Shown: positions 28,629 to 39,791, counted from the stretch's first letter. The stretch is DNA of 64,000 nt from an uncultured delta proteobacterium (GCA_963737905.1 CAVTUQ010000025.1:256001-320000); one strand, 5' to 3'. The notes: generated from the sequence alone by a model not told the origin. Program-made: numbers and translations.

Positions 28629-30996
28629 TCAATGATATTTTTGTCTCTGATAGCGCTGCCAGACTTTTTCCGGCGTGAGCGGCAAATGATAAAGCCGTAC
28701 CCCCGTCGCCCGGTAGACGGCGTTGCCAATCGCCGGCGCAACCGGCAGCAACCCCCCTTCTCCTGTTCCCTTGGCGCCAAAAGGTCCCGGGCCGTTGTGA
28801 TTTTCCACGAGTATGGTTTCAAAACCTATCGGCAAGTCGCTTGGCTCCAAAGGGCCCCGGGCCATTTTGATTTTCAATCAGAATCGTCTCAAATCCTTCC
28901 GGTAAATGAGCGAACGTCGGAACTCGATAGTCCACAAGATTGGGATTTAAGAGCTGGCCATCTCGATAGATCATCTCTTCAAGCAGGCTGTGGCCGATGG
29001 CGTTCATGACGCCGCCCTCGTCCTGCCCCTCGCACAGCACCGGATGGATCGCCTTGCCCACGTCGGCCAGCGAGACATATTTAATCAATTTAATTTGGCC
29101 GGTGTCGCGATCGACCTCAACTTCCGCTCCACCCCAAGAGATCTCCCAAAAAGTCGTGGGAGAGCCCAGAGCCGCCTTTTGACTCTTGATATCTTGATAG
29201 GCTCCGCGTCCAACGATTTCACCGGCCTTTGATGAAAAGACTTTGTGCAAGAGGCCTTCGAAGGAAATATTTTGTCCCTTGGAGTCTTCTATTCGTCCGT
29301 GCTTAAGCGACAATCCAGCGGGTTTCACCTTGAGTACCTTGGCCCCATGCCGTAACAACTGGCGCTTCAAATCCTGGGCGGCCCTTTGCACGGATAATCC
29401 CATCACGACGGTGGAGCTACTGGCGTTGGTGTTGACGTCATAGGGGGTCACGTCGGTATCGAGCTGGGCCACCGTGACGCGGCTCAATGGAACAGCCAAC
29501 TCTTCAGCGACGATCTGGCTCAATGCGGTGCGGGCTCCTTGCCCGATCTCGACGGTGCCGGTTAATAAAATGATGCTACCGTCAGAATTCATTTTGACCG
29601 CGGCGGAGGCAACTTTGTAGGTGCCGCCACCGTCCTTCATGCAACAGGCCAATCCTTTGCCGCGATTGGGCTTGTTGTCTTTCTTATTCCAGCCAATTTG
29701 TTTGGCGGCGCGTAGCAAACCCTCTTTGAGATCGCAATCCACCGGCGTATCCCCCGGAGTGTAGAGCTCGCCCTTCTTCAATAGATTCTTGAGCCGAAAC
29801 TGAAGCGGATCCATCGCGAGTTGCTCGGCGATGATGTCCATCTGCGACTCGTAAGCCCAGGTCACCTGCAAGGTGCCGAAACCGCGGTAAGCGCCTCCAG
29901 GAACGGTGTTGCTGTAGACCGTATGCGCATCGGTTTTGACATGGGGGATTCGGTACGGCCCGAAACAGCGATAGCCCGCCTTCTGGGTCACACGCGGCCC
30001 GGCGTCGGCATAGGCGCCCGTTTCCATGTGAATGAGACATTGCCGCGCCACAAGCTTTCCGTCCTTCGTTACTCCTGTCTTAATCTGAACTCGCGCCGGG
30101 TGGCGCGTGACCGTCTTGAAACTCTCTTCGATGGAGTGGACGAGGCGAACCGGCCGCCGTGCCTTCCATGACAGGGCCACGGCCAACGGCTCCGTTTTCA
30201 CGGCGAGCTTGCCACCGTAGGCGCCGCCGAGATACGGCACGATGATTCTTACTCTGTTCATCGGCAGATGGAAAATCTCGGATAAATGCTCCCGCAACGT
30301 AAATGGCTCCTGGGTACCGGCCCAAAGCGTGATGTGGTTCCCGTCCATGTGGGCGACCGTCGCATGGGGCTCCATGGAAAAGTGATGCACTCGCGGAAAT
30401 CTAAACGTGTCTTCAAAAATGTGATCGGCTTTCCTAAAACCTTCCTCGACGTTGCCCTTGGCGTAGCTAAAGCGATAGCACAGATTGCTGCCGGCGAATT
30501 CCTTCGGTGCTTCGTAGTGTTGTCCCATCATCTCCCCGCCGCTCGACGAGCTGTCATGCACTAAAGGAGCATCGGGAGCCAGCGCTTCCTCTATCGAAGT
30601 CACAGCCGGCAATTCGTCGTACTCGACATCGATCAGATTCAAAGCCTCTTCCGCCGTCGCTTCGTCGACAGCCGCCACCGCGGCCACGGGATCGCCCACG
30701 TAACGCACTTTGTCGATGGCCACGATGGTCTGATCTTTGTACGCGGCGCCGAACATTCCTAATCCTCTCTGATCGTCGCGAGTGATAACGGCACAGACTC
30801 CTCGAAGCCCCTCCGCTCTGCGAGCATCGACTCGTTTGATTCGAGCGTGGGCGTAGGGACTGCGAAGGATTTTCCCGTGGGCCATTCCCGGCAGTTCGAC
30901 ATCGACGGTATAAACCGCCTTGCCGGTAACTTTATCTTCCCCATCCAGTCGAGCTTCCGGCCGGCCGACGACTTGGTAAGCGCGTGCCTTTTTCAT
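28629..30996 (-). pseudogene. Xanthine dehydrogenase/CoxL-family molybdopterin-binding subunit, frameshifted chimera
   Basis: A 725-aa ORF (KVTGKA.Y, GGAYGGK, AYRGFG, EIGQG) stops just after GPFGAK. The missing C-terminus (GAKGTGEGG...LPLTPEKV) is in another frame, after a diverged 69-nt duplicate. Confidence 0.8.
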
Positions 30997-32312
30997 CTCT
31001 TAACCTCGTTGCCGTAATTCTTGATCACCCAGTCCATCGCCTCCTCGCGACTCGACAGCTCCCCTCCGAGCTGCGCTTCTTCGACTTGTTTGAGAATGGT
31101 TTGGAAACTGGGTCCGGGAGAAAACCCCATGGCAATCAAATCCCGCCCCCGCAGCAGGGGTTCAGGATGAATCTCTTCCTCTTTCAGTTCCGCAAGTTTC
31201 TGTTTGCAAAACCGGTAGTACTGGAGATCGCCGTTGGCGGAGAGTGCATCGATACGCGTCAATTCCAAGAGCTCATCAATGCCGTCCTCGCCCAGAAAGC
31301 GTTTGAGCGTGCTGAGGCGCATCTGGTTCGCCTGCATATGACGCAAGTGATTGCGGACCAAGTAGGCGACCCGTTCCCAGGTCGGTCGGCTCCGCTTCAA
31401 ACGCTTCAACATCTCTTCAGCCATTTCGGCGCCCTTTTCCGTATGGCCGTAAAAGGTAATGCGCTCCCCATCGCGCCGGATGCAAACCGGCTTACCCACG
31501 TCGTGCAGTAGACAGCCGTAGGCCAACGTCTCGGTAGGCGAATCCAGGTGGCTCAGGGTTAGCATCGTATGCGTGAAAACATCGCCCTCGGGATGGTAGT
31601 CCGGACTCTGCTCGACACCTTTCATGGCGTCGATTTCGGGCAGCAAAACCTTCAAGAGACCCGTCCGATCCAACAACTCAAATCCGGTTTGGGCCCCGCC
31701 CTCGGTTAGAATACGCGTCATCTCCTCGCCGATACGTTCCGAGGAAATTTGTTTAATGGTCGGGGCAAGATCGCGCATGGCAGCGAACGTTTCACTTTCA
31801 ACCGTGAACTCCAGGCTGGCTGCGAAGCGTACCCCTCGTACCATGCGCAAGCGGTCCTCTTCAAAACGAGAACGAGGACTACCGATGGCGCGGACCAACT
31901 TCTTCTCTAAATCCTTTCTTCCGCCGACGAGATCAATAAGTTGGTCCGCAATCGGATCATAGACCATACCATTGATCGTAAAGTCGCGCCGGAAAATATC
32001 TTCTTGCAAACTACCGTAGCGCACGTGGGTCGGCCGCCGGCCGTCCAGATACGGGCCATCGTGACGAAAGCTTGCGACCTCGAAGGGCTGGCCTTCGACC
32101 ATGACGACGATAACGCCAAACTGCGCGCCCACAGGCACAGTTTTTGGGAAAATCCTAACGATGTCGTCGGGCTTGGCATTCGTCGTGATATCATAATCCT
32201 GCGGCGTTTTTCCGAGCAGTGTATCGCGCACACAGCCACCCGCCAGATAGCTCTCATAACCTTCGTCGCGCAGACGCTTAACAATAAAGATGGCCTTGTC
32301 TTTTTGAGACAT
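30993..32312 (-). CDS. cca: CCA tRNA nucleotidyltransferase with HD domain
   Basis: AGGCVRD, DYDITT, RRDFTING, EDRLRM.R, HPEGDVF.H, LLHDVGK. Confidence 0.9.
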   Translation of the reverse strand: MSQKDKAIFIVKRLRDEGYESYLAGGCVRDTLLGKTPQDYDITTNAKPDDIVRIFPKTVPVGAQFGVIVVMVEGQPFEVASFRHDGPYLDGRRPTHVRYGSLQEDIFRRDFTINGMVYDPIADQLIDLVGGRKDLEKKLVRAIGSPRSRFEEDRLRMVRGVRFAASLEFTVESETFAAMRDLAPTIKQISSERIGEEMTRILTEGGAQTGFELLDRTGLLKVLLPEIDAMKGVEQSPDYHPEGDVFTHTMLTLSHLDSPTETLAYGCLLHDVGKPVCIRRDGERITFYGHTEKGAEMAEEMLKRLKRSRPTWERVAYLVRNHLRHMQANQMRLSTLKRFLGEDGIDELLELTRIDALSANGDLQYYRFCKQKLAELKEEEIHPEPLLRGRDLIAMGFSPGPSFQTILKQVEEAQLGGELSSREEAMDWVIKNYGNEVKR

Positions 32313-32382
32313 CGACAAACTGCTCGCTGGTTATCCTAGTAGGGAACGGCCGGCAATAAAAGAAGATCAGGGCGACAGACTA

Positions 32383-32769
32383 CTATGATGGCAGTTCGTT
32401 GTTACTCGAAGAAATGAACTCCCGTACTTTTCCCTGGAGCTCCTGAAACGTAAAGGGCTTGACGATATATCCGTTACAGCCGGCATCGAGACAACTCTTT
32501 AGATCGGAATCGCGGAATAAAGCGGTTGCCGCCAAGATCGGGATATTTTTAGTTTCCGGATTCGCCCGCAGCGTCCGTGCAGCTTCCCAACCATCCATTC
32601 CCGGCATCATGATATCCAATAGAATGAGGTTAGGCTGCTGGGCGACGGCTTTCTCCACACCTTCTTTGCCGTGCTTGGCCGGGATCGGCAGAAATCCCAT
32701 AAGCTCAATCTGCCAAGTCAGAAGCTCGCGCATATCAGCGTGATCTTCGACAATGAGGATTTTCTTCAT
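32383..32769 (-). CDS. Single-domain response regulator (DivK/CheY-like)
   Basis: ILIVED, LLDIMMP, YIVKP. Confidence 0.9.
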   Translation of the reverse strand: MKKILIVEDHADMRELLTWQIELMGFLPIPAKHGKEGVEKAVAQQPNLILLDIMMPGMDGWEAARTLRANPETKNIPILAATALFRDSDLKSCLDAGCNGYIVKPFTFQELQGKVREFISSSNNELPS

Positions 32770-32954
32770 CAAATCCGTTGCCTCGACCAAAAACGGAGTC
32801 CGTGCATTGCTGAGGGAAATCCAGCTTTCGATACTTAGCGCAAACTATGCCGCACCCTTTATCTAGCTGTCAAGCAGGCCTTGCCGAATCTCGTTTCTAC
32901 AACCCTGCGGTGTCATGAAGAGAGTCAAATAACGAGCGAGCGAAGGCTGACCTT

Positions 32955-34277
32955 TCATGAATCGCCAATTTTTTTCTGATTCGCGACAATCACCGTGATG
33001 AGCGTCTCGGGTTTAAGATAAGTCTGGGCCACGCGCTGAACATCTTCCCGCGTCACCTTTCGGATAAGATCAGGATAGCGATCCGGATAGTCCCGGCCCA
33101 ATTGAAAATATTCGACCTGTGCCAAAAAGTTGGCAACTTTGCGATTCGTGTCGAAACGCAACGGGAAGCTCCCCGTCAGATAATCTTTCGCGTCGGAAAG
33201 TTCTTCTTCGGTGACAGACTCTTCGCGCATGCGGCGCATTTCTGCTTTGGCGATGCGGATGGCTTCCAGCGCGGTTTCATTCCTTGTCTGCATGACCAAT
33301 TCGAAGGTACCGTGGCCCTTTTCAGCGCTAAAGTAACTGTAAACAGAATACGCCAACCCCCGCTCGTTTCGAATCGAGTCCAGAGTGCGCGAGGAAAAAC
33401 CGCCGCCACCTAATATATAATTCATAACTTGAATGGCATAATAGTCTGGGTTCTCCCGCCCAACCCCTTCATGGCCGAGGATGATATTCGCCTGGGTAAG
33501 ATCTTTGTTGACCCGTAGGGTCTCTGCCGCACCGGTTTTCGTAGGAGCAACAGGCGCGGTAGCCGGTTCACCTTTGGGCCAGGAGCGGAAGGCATCATTC
33601 AGTGCCTGGGCAATTTCTTGATGCGAAATATCGCCGACAACCGATAAAATTGTTCGATTGGGGCGGTAATAGCGGTCATAGAATGCTCTCAGGTTTTGCT
33701 GCTGCAGGCCCTTGACCGAAGCTTCGCTTCCTTCCACCGGCCGCCCGTACGGGCTCCGAGGATAGAGCGCCGCCGCGAATTTCCTCTCGGCAATGTCTCC
33801 AGGTCTTTCCTCTCTGGCCTTGATGGATGCAATAACCGATTGCTTCTGGCGATCCATCTCCTCTTGCGGAAAAGTCGAAGTGGTTAGCACCTCCGCCAAC
33901 AGCTCCAGCCCTGTAGCCAAATCTTTCTTGAGCACGGTCATGCTCACAGTGGCGAGATCCTCACTGCAGCCCGCGGACAGGTGGGCGCCAATAAAATCCA
34001 AGGTGTCGCTGATCTGCAATGCGGTCCGCCGCTGGGTCCCGTAGGTCAAAAGTCTGGCGGTCAAATTGGCCAGTCCTTCCTGGTTCGGGCCGTCGTGGCG
34101 GGAGCCGGAGTCGATCAAAAGCTCGATGGAAACCATCGGCAGCGCCTTTTGTTCGGACGTCAGGAGAATCATACCGTTTTCCAGGACCGACCGCTGCGGA
34201 ACCATGTTTGCCGTAGCCGGCACCGCCAGCAAACAAATCGAGAATATATGAAAGAGGCCTAGGGAGAATGCTTTCAT
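32955..34277 (-). CDS. M16 zinc peptidase, non-catalytic partner subunit
   Basis: No HxxEH. Has ILGGGGFSSR..IRNERGLAYSV and a signal peptide. Confidence 0.88.
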   Translation of the reverse strand: MKAFSLGLFHIFSICLLAVPATANMVPQRSVLENGMILLTSEQKALPMVSIELLIDSGSRHDGPNQEGLANLTARLLTYGTQRRTALQISDTLDFIGAHLSAGCSEDLATVSMTVLKKDLATGLELLAEVLTTSTFPQEEMDRQKQSVIASIKAREERPGDIAERKFAAALYPRSPYGRPVEGSEASVKGLQQQNLRAFYDRYYRPNRTILSVVGDISHQEIAQALNDAFRSWPKGEPATAPVAPTKTGAAETLRVNKDLTQANIILGHEGVGRENPDYYAIQVMNYILGGGGFSSRTLDSIRNERGLAYSVYSYFSAEKGHGTFELVMQTRNETALEAIRIAKAEMRRMREESVTEEELSDAKDYLTGSFPLRFDTNRKVANFLAQVEYFQLGRDYPDRYPDLIRKVTREDVQRVAQTYLKPETLITVIVANQKKIGDS

Positions 34278-35599
34278 GAGGCGTTTTCCTTGGTGGGAAT
34301 CAGCACGCCAACGGTCCGGCGATCACGGTCCAGGTACTGTTGAGCGACGCGCTGAACATCCTCGCGAGTCACCTTGCGGATGCCGTCCAGGTAATGATCC
34401 ATTAGCCGCCAATCGCCCGCGGCTTCATAGTAACCAATCTTCATCGCCTGTCCAAAAATCGAATCCTGACCAAAGACAAAAGCGGTTTCTATCTGGTTCT
34501 TCGCTTTCTGCAGTTCGCGGTCACTGATCAATTCCGCCTTCACTTGCTCCAATAGGCGATCGATCTCGCGCTCGATTTCCGCCGGCTCTTTTCCCGGCAT
34601 CAATTGCGCGGTTACGGAAAAGACGGATGGATCGATCGATACGCCGTCGTAGTCTGCGTCCACGCTTCTCGCCAAACGTTTCTGATAAACCAAATCGTGG
34701 TACAGCCTCGAACTCCGCCCCCCCGCGAGAACCACGCTCAGCAGATCCAGCGCGTAGCTGTCCGGACTTTTTAGATTGGGCGTGTGATAATACATCAATA
34801 CATAAGGAAGCTCCGCTTCCTTCTTCAATAGGACTCTGCGTTCGCCTTGCTGGGGCAGTTCTTCGGCTCGGACCTTCGGAGGCTCGGATCCGCGAGGTAT
34901 ATTTCCGAAGACGGCCTTGATCTTTGGCAGCATCTCTTCGGTGGAAAAATCTCCCGCCATCACAATGAAGGCGTTGTTGGGCTCATAGTAGAGCTTGTAA
35001 TGATCCACCAGGTCTTGACGGGTCAGATTTTGAATATCTTCCATCCAACCGATCACCGGCCGGCGGTAGGGATGGACCATGTACGCCACTGCACCGGCGA
35101 CTTCCCCCAACGCTGAGACCGGATTATCCTCCGTTCTCAGCCGACGCTCCTCCTGGATCACTTTTTTCTCAGGTTCAAAATAGGTTTCGCCCAGCAATGC
35201 ATTGGCCATCCGGTCGGCTTCCAATTCGATCTCAATCCCGATCTTGTCTCGGCTCATGGTCGCGAAATAAACCGTAACGTCAGAGCTGGTAAAGGCGTTG
35301 GACCGCCCGCCGTTTTTCGCGATGATCCGCGAATATTCTTCAGGCTTTGTCTTTTTTGTGCCTTTGAACATCATGTGCTCGAGAAAATGGGATAAGCCGC
35401 TTTTGCCGTCCTTTTCGTTGCGCGAACCCACGCGATACCAGACTTGGAAGGTTACAACCGGGCTCTTGTGATCCTCCAGCAGCAGTACTTTAAGACCGTT
35501 GTCCAGAACAAATTCCTGAACTTTCGTCGCGCCAGCAGGCCCGGGGAGCGCGAAAAACGCGCTAACAATAAAAATGAGAGAAAAACCAAACTGAGACAT
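34274..35599 (-). CDS. M16 zinc peptidase, catalytic subunit
   Basis: HFLEHMMFKGT, NAFT, EERR. Confidence 0.92.
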   Translation of the reverse strand: MSQFGFSLIFIVSAFFALPGPAGATKVQEFVLDNGLKVLLLEDHKSPVVTFQVWYRVGSRNEKDGKSGLSHFLEHMMFKGTKKTKPEEYSRIIAKNGGRSNAFTSSDVTVYFATMSRDKIGIEIELEADRMANALLGETYFEPEKKVIQEERRLRTEDNPVSALGEVAGAVAYMVHPYRRPVIGWMEDIQNLTRQDLVDHYKLYYEPNNAFIVMAGDFSTEEMLPKIKAVFGNIPRGSEPPKVRAEELPQQGERRVLLKKEAELPYVLMYYHTPNLKSPDSYALDLLSVVLAGGRSSRLYHDLVYQKRLARSVDADYDGVSIDPSVFSVTAQLMPGKEPAEIEREIDRLLEQVKAELISDRELQKAKNQIETAFVFGQDSIFGQAMKIGYYEAAGDWRLMDHYLDGIRKVTREDVQRVAQQYLDRDRRTVGVLIPTKENAS

Positions 35600-35761
35600 C
35601 GTGAAATCAAGGTAAAGGAACGAAGCTCCAAGTGCAAGAGAACATCCGCGACGCGTGCTTCGCATAGGGCTGATAGCTTATGGCCTACGGTTGGGCAATG
35701 CGAACCAGACGCCATAAGCCACAAGCTACACGCCAGCCGATCTGCTAGCGCACGATCCTTG

Positions 35762-35790
35762 TTGACACCTCTACCCCTCCACAATACTAT
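35762..35790 (+). promoter_or_regulatory. Sigma-70 promoter of the ubiD-like gene
   Basis: TTGACA-N17-TACTAT, followed by a GGAGG RBS before ATG 35816. Confidence 0.75.
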
Positions 35791-35815
35791 GACCTTCGAT
35801 AACGGAGGATAAAAA

Positions 35816-37249
35816 ATGTCAGACATCACGGACATGCGCGGGTACATCGAAACCCTGGAAGAGATGAAAGATCTGCGTCGACTTGAGGGCGTCGATCTCG
35901 ACTTGGAAGTTGGAGCGCTGACCGAGCGGGCAGCGGAAAAAGAAGGTTCGGCGCTGCTGTTCAGCAAGTTCAAGGGCTTCCCAGGCGGATTCAGAGTCAT
36001 CACTAACGTCTTTCGTACCTGCAAGCGCACCGGTCCGGCGATGGGAATCTCACCGGACTTAAGCGGCATAGATTATCTTCACGCTTGGAGAAAAAAACTT
36101 GCCGCTTATAAACCGGTGCCGGTTCAGCAAGTCGAAGGCGGCCCGATTTTCGAAAACCAGATGTCTGAGCATGAGGTGGATCTCTATAAGTTTCCCACGC
36201 CAAAGTGGCATGATCGCGACGGCGGGCCCTATCTAGGAACCGGTTGCGGTGTGATCACCAAGGATCCGGACACCGGCAAGATCAACATCGGCACCTACCG
36301 CGTGATGGTTCAGGATAAAAACAAGGTCTCGGTAAAGATGAATATGGGCAAGCATGGCCGGCTCGCTTTCGAACGGGCCAGAGACGCCGGCAAACCGCTA
36401 CCGGTCGCGATCACACTCGGCCAGGGGCCGGCAGTTTTCCTTGCGGCGCAAATGCCATTGCCACCCGATGTGAACGAGTTTGAGTTTGCCGGTTATCTCC
36501 AGGGGTCGCCGGTGCCCGTGGCGCGGGGAGCCGTGACCGGTCTGCCGATTCCAGCGAATGCTGAGATCGTACTCGAAGGCGAGCTTCCACCGATGAAAGA
36601 CGAGGAGATGCCCAAGGAAGGACCCTTTGGCGAGTGGCCGGGTTATTTCACAGAGGAAAACGTCGGCGAGACGCCCGTCATGGTAGTGAAGCGGATCTAT
36701 TATAGAAATGATCCGATTATGCTGGGCGCGCCGCCGCTGAAACCCCCAGCGAGTTATCTCCCGATCCCTCTCGGCGCCGCCACACTCTGGGAACAGTTGG
36801 AGAAAGCGGGAATTCCCGAAGTGAAAGGCGTTTGGGGATTCGTTTACGGTGGCCAGCCCGGCCCCTTCACCGTCATCGCTATCAAGCAGCGCTACGCCGG
36901 ACACTCTAAACAAGCGTTGCTCGTTGCCGCGGGCGCGCGTGCGGGAGCCTACGGGGGAAAGTTTGTAGTGGTGGTGGATGACGACATCGATATCGCCAAC
37001 CCCGCCGACGTCATCTGGGCGATCGCTACGCGCTGTCACGTGCGTGAAGGCTTGGACGTTGTGAAAGGGGTCTGGGCCTCCGTTTGTGAACCTGCTTTAC
37101 CGCCTGAGGAACGCTCGCCCCGCGGCTATACGTCGGACCGCGTCTTGATCGACGCCTGCCGGCCTTTTAAGTGGATGGATCAGTTCCCGGCGGTCAATGC
37201 CTTTACCAAGGAATTCAAAGATCAGATCGAAAACAAGTGGAAAATGTGA
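35816..37249 (+). CDS. UbiD-family prFMN-dependent decarboxylase
   Basis: DGGPY, NIGTYR, EGPFGEWPGY, VVVDDDID, WAIATR, IDA. Confidence 0.9.
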   Translation: MSDITDMRGYIETLEEMKDLRRLEGVDLDLEVGALTERAAEKEGSALLFSKFKGFPGGFRVITNVFRTCKRTGPAMGISPDLSGIDYLHAWRKKLAAYKPVPVQQVEGGPIFENQMSEHEVDLYKFPTPKWHDRDGGPYLGTGCGVITKDPDTGKINIGTYRVMVQDKNKVSVKMNMGKHGRLAFERARDAGKPLPVAITLGQGPAVFLAAQMPLPPDVNEFEFAGYLQGSPVPVARGAVTGLPIPANAEIVLEGELPPMKDEEMPKEGPFGEWPGYFTEENVGETPVMVVKRIYYRNDPIMLGAPPLKPPASYLPIPLGAATLWEQLEKAGIPEVKGVWGFVYGGQPGPFTVIAIKQRYAGHSKQALLVAAGARAGAYGGKFVVVVDDDIDIANPADVIWAIATRCHVREGLDVVKGVWASVCEPALPPEERSPRGYTSDRVLIDACRPFKWMDQFPAVNAFTKEFKDQIENKWKM

Positions 37250-37326
37250 TCGGATTAATGTTTTCCCAAACTGCGTCAAACTAGGAGCAAGCGGCTAACT
37301 GAACAGCTCTCAAAAAAGAGTCTCAT

Positions 37327-37965
37327 ATGGACACTCTTCAAGCACTGAGTTTGGCCATGGGGACGGCCTGGACCTCCGGTATTAACCTCTACGCCACCGT
37401 GGCAGCGTTGGGCATCGCCGGGCGGACGGAGATGATCCAGCTCCCGCCCGACTTGCAGGTCCTCACCCATGCAGCGGTCATCGCGGTGGCCTGTGTAATG
37501 TACCTGATCGAATTTTTCGCCGATAAGGTTCCCTACGTGGACAACGGCTGGGATGTGCTGCACACATTCATCCGCGTACCCGCGGGCGCAATCCTGGCGG
37601 CGCGCACGTTAGGTGATGTAAATCCGGCTTTGGAATTGGCCGCTGTTTTGGCAGGAGGAACCATTGCCTTCGCGGCCCACGGCACCAAGATGGCCACGCG
37701 GCTCGCCCTCAATGTCAGCCCCGAGCCTTTCAGCAATTGGTTCGCCAGTATCGGCGAAGACTTGGCGGTGTTCGGGAGCATTTGGATGATTTTCCATTAC
37801 CCGATCCTAATGCTCATTCTCATTGTCAGTTTCCTCGCGCTCGTTGTTTGGCTGGTGCCGAAGTTATTGCGCATGGCGAAGCGCGGATTTCGGGCACTGC
37901 GCGATCGACTGCGCGGGGTCAAACCGGATCATCCGGCGCCGACCGGTTCACCGCAGCTCGGTTAG
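37327..37965 (+). CDS. DUF4126 membrane protein
   Basis: SGINLYA, EFFADKVPYVD..WD..HTFIR, SPEPFSNW..S..ED. Confidence 0.85.
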   Translation: MDTLQALSLAMGTAWTSGINLYATVAALGIAGRTEMIQLPPDLQVLTHAAVIAVACVMYLIEFFADKVPYVDNGWDVLHTFIRVPAGAILAARTLGDVNPALELAAVLAGGTIAFAAHGTKMATRLALNVSPEPFSNWFASIGEDLAVFGSIWMIFHYPILMLILIVSFLALVVWLVPKLLRMAKRGFRALRDRLRGVKPDHPAPTGSPQLG

Positions 37966-38024
37966 AGCACCGCGGCGGGACCTGCTGGTCGCCGGCAAGC
38001 GGATTCTGAAGTGTTCGTAAGACT

Positions 38025-38885
38025 ATGGAACACGAGAAACAGCAAGCGCAGGGGAACCGGCCACCCGCCGTCCCGCTGACATTGGACGGATCTTATATCC
38101 TGCACCAGATGTTTCGGATTCGCTGGTCCGCTTGGCGCGCCCTCGGTGCATCGGATCAAAAGCACATCCTCGACAGGGCCACAGCCATGTTCGTAGGCAT
38201 GGAAAAAACCCAGGGGGATCCCAGCGCGCTCTTTTCTCTCTTGGGCCATAAAGGTGATCTGATGGTGGTGCATTTTCGGCGCAGCTTGGATGAACTGAAC
38301 CACGCCCAACTGCGCCTGGGTCACTCCAGATTGCACGAATTTCTCGAACCGACGAATTCCTACGTCTCTGTGGTTGAATTGGGGCTCTACGAAGCCTCGG
38401 TAAAACTTTACACGGAGCTGATGGCGAAGGGACTTGAACCAGGAAGCGCCGAATGGAACCGAGAGATCGAGGCAGAATTAGCCAAGCACCGTCAGGCGAT
38501 GGCGCCGCGTCTTTGGCCTGAGATTCCGCAACGGCGCTACCTTTGCTTTTACCCGATGAACAAGCTTCGCGGCGAGAGTAAGAACTGGTACAGCCAGCCG
38601 ATCACAGAACGCCAAAGGATGATGCGCGAGCATGGCATGATCGGTCGCCACTATGCCGGCCGGGTCATTCAAATTATATCGGGCTCCATCGGCTTCGACG
38701 ATTGGGAATGGGGCGTGGATCTTTTCGCCGACGACCCGTTGGTCTTCAAAAAACTCGTCTACGAAATGCGCTTCGACGAAGCCAGCGCGGTTTATGGTCT
38801 TTTCGGGACCTTTTTCGTCGGGCTTCGCTTTCCGGCGAATAATCTGGGTAGCCTGCTCGAGGGCAAAACACCGAGCTTTGCTTAA
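38025..38885 (+). CDS. chdC: Coproheme decarboxylase / chlorite-dismutase-family heme protein
   Basis: SVVEL, CFYPMNK.R, ERQRMMREHG, GSIGFDDWEWGV, MRFDE. Confidence 0.8.
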   Translation: MEHEKQQAQGNRPPAVPLTLDGSYILHQMFRIRWSAWRALGASDQKHILDRATAMFVGMEKTQGDPSALFSLLGHKGDLMVVHFRRSLDELNHAQLRLGHSRLHEFLEPTNSYVSVVELGLYEASVKLYTELMAKGLEPGSAEWNREIEAELAKHRQAMAPRLWPEIPQRRYLCFYPMNKLRGESKNWYSQPITERQRMMREHGMIGRHYAGRVIQIISGSIGFDDWEWGVDLFADDPLVFKKLVYEMRFDEASAVYGLFGTFFVGLRFPANNLGSLLEGKTPSFA

Positions 38886-38925
38886 GCTGATTTGCGACGC
38901 AACTGTCCGCTGGCGAGGAGAAAAT

Positions 38926-39687
38926 ATGAGACTACAGAACAAAGTGACGATCATCACCGGCGCGGCCCACGGCATCGGCAAAGCCTACGTGCGACGGTTT
39001 GCCGAAGAAGGCGCCCACGTCGTCATCGCCGATATCGATGAAAAGGGCGGGCAGGCGGTCGCCAATGCGCTGATCGATTCCGGGTTTTCAGCCTGGTCAC
39101 GTCACACCGACGTCCGCAGCTATCCCAATGTCGAAGGATTGATGCGCGAGACCGTCGACAAATATGGGCGCATCGACGTCCTGCTCAACAACGCGGCGAT
39201 CTACGTCACCCAGAAGCTTTGGAAAGGACCGGTGGAAGAATTGGCCTTGGAGGAGTGGGACCGCGTATTGGAAGTGAACCTCAAAGGCGTCTTCCTTTGT
39301 AGCAAAGCCGTGATCCCCATTATGAAGAAACAAAGAGGCGGCAAGATCATCAACATCGCTTCGGGCACGTTCTTCAGCGGCTCCGGAAACATGCCCCACT
39401 ACACGACGGCGAAGGGTGGCGTCGTGGCGCTCACCCGGGTCATGGCGCGACAGCTTGGTGAATGGGGAATTAACGTCAACTGCATGACGCCAGGCTCGAC
39501 GATGAGCGAGGAGTCAGTGACGGATGAAGTGCGCAAGCGGCGTGAAGAAGGCGTGGACAAGCGCGTTTTCAAGCGCATCGAAACTCCCGCGGATATCGTC
39601 GGCACGGCGCTTTTTCTCGCGAGCGCTGATAGCGATTTCGTAACTGGCCAATTGCTCGTCGTAGAGGGGGGCGCCATCATGCACTAG
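38926..39687 (+). CDS. Short-chain dehydrogenase/reductase
   Basis: TGAAHGIG, NNAA, YTTAK. Start follows a GAGGAG RBS. Confidence 0.9.
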   Translation: MRLQNKVTIITGAAHGIGKAYVRRFAEEGAHVVIADIDEKGGQAVANALIDSGFSAWSRHTDVRSYPNVEGLMRETVDKYGRIDVLLNNAAIYVTQKLWKGPVEELALEEWDRVLEVNLKGVFLCSKAVIPIMKKQRGGKIINIASGTFFSGSGNMPHYTTAKGGVVALTRVMARQLGEWGINVNCMTPGSTMSEESVTDEVRKRREEGVDKRVFKRIETPADIVGTALFLASADSDFVTGQLLVVEGGAIMH

Positions 39688-39791
39688 CCCCTTTCGATAC
39701 TTCGATATGGCTAAGTACTGGTTTTAGATTTCAGATTGTCAGAAGAGGACTTCGGCCATTCCACTACTCCGGTCTCGACTTCAGCTGCACG

